Shown: one piece after another, positions 63,487 to 64,000 of the stretch
Layout of the letters: each line of letters begins with the position of its first letter
Position numbering within the stretch: the first letter of the stretch is position 1
From: Azolla caroliniana
Taxonomy: Eukaryota; Plantae; Polypodiophyta
DNA length: 64,000 bases
Assembly: GCA_043228905.1 (NCBI GenBank)
Contig: JBHGNT010000010.1
Coordinates: 14,694,001 to 14,758,000, forward strand
Direction of reading: 5' to 3'
Translations under genes and position numbers: made by a program
Notes under the pieces: generated by a model
Database searches by the model: none
Told to the model about the DNA's origin: nothing
What the model saw: only the letters and a program-made list of their open reading frames with translations

Positions 63487-64000
63487 TAAATAAATCTTGG
63501 ATTTCAACTGAAATCCGATGCACTGCATCGGATTTTACTCTATACATCTAGAATCCAATGTATAGAATCCAATGTAGTGCATCAGATTTTAGTTGAAAAT
63601 CCAAGATTTTTTTTCCATAAAAAAAATCCCAAAAATAATTTAAAACAAATCTTGGATTTTCAACTGAATTTTGATGCAATGCAACAGATTTCAATTGAAA
63701 ATCCAAGATTTTCTTTTTTTAATTTTTGGAATGTCATGCACTACATTGGATTTTCGGTGTATACAACAAAATCCTAAGAAAAACGAAAAAGCATCTTTAT
63801 GGAATCTTTTAGAATCTAAGGATTTTGGCAGAATAAATGGTACCTTGAAGGTTTCTCTCACATAATTAAATATCGTAAACAGAAAGTTTATAATCAAATC
63901 TCATAAACAGAAAGTGAAGAAGAAATAATGCACCGAGCATGTCTACTCTCACATTGGATAGTATTTACATACTAGTGTATGACTTCTCTTTGACCAAAAC

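Overview
Eukaryotic land-plant nuclear DNA with spliced genes, microsatellites and many transposons. A non-seed plant such as a fern is inferred from the Tcn1-like chromoviruses; this is not proven. Host genes: an intronless U-box/ARM E3 ligase (7431-9059, +), a 7-exon IST1-like ESCRT-III regulator (20121-24549, -), a 7-exon fucokinase/GDP-fucose pyrophosphorylase FKGP (28583-35479, +), and a probable Ser-rich plant protein (37019-37717, -). The region 39467-56653 is a resolvable nest of LTR elements with every 5-bp target-site duplication intact. Copia A (-) contains a same-family Copia C (+) and a solo LTR B, and B in turn contains a younger chromodomain Gypsy D (-). Gypsy D is the most interesting object. 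It has no tRNA-type primer-binding site; its PBS is instead complementary to its own predicted transcript 5' end (self-priming), and that primer sequence is one arm of a perfect 21-nt palindrome. Both of its LTRs carry a tRNA-like Pol III A/B-box cassette, and it has a -1 frameshift signal at the gag/pol junction. Several MITEs, solo LTRs, TE remnants and tandem duplications make up the rest. All coordinates were read by eye and no database searches were run.
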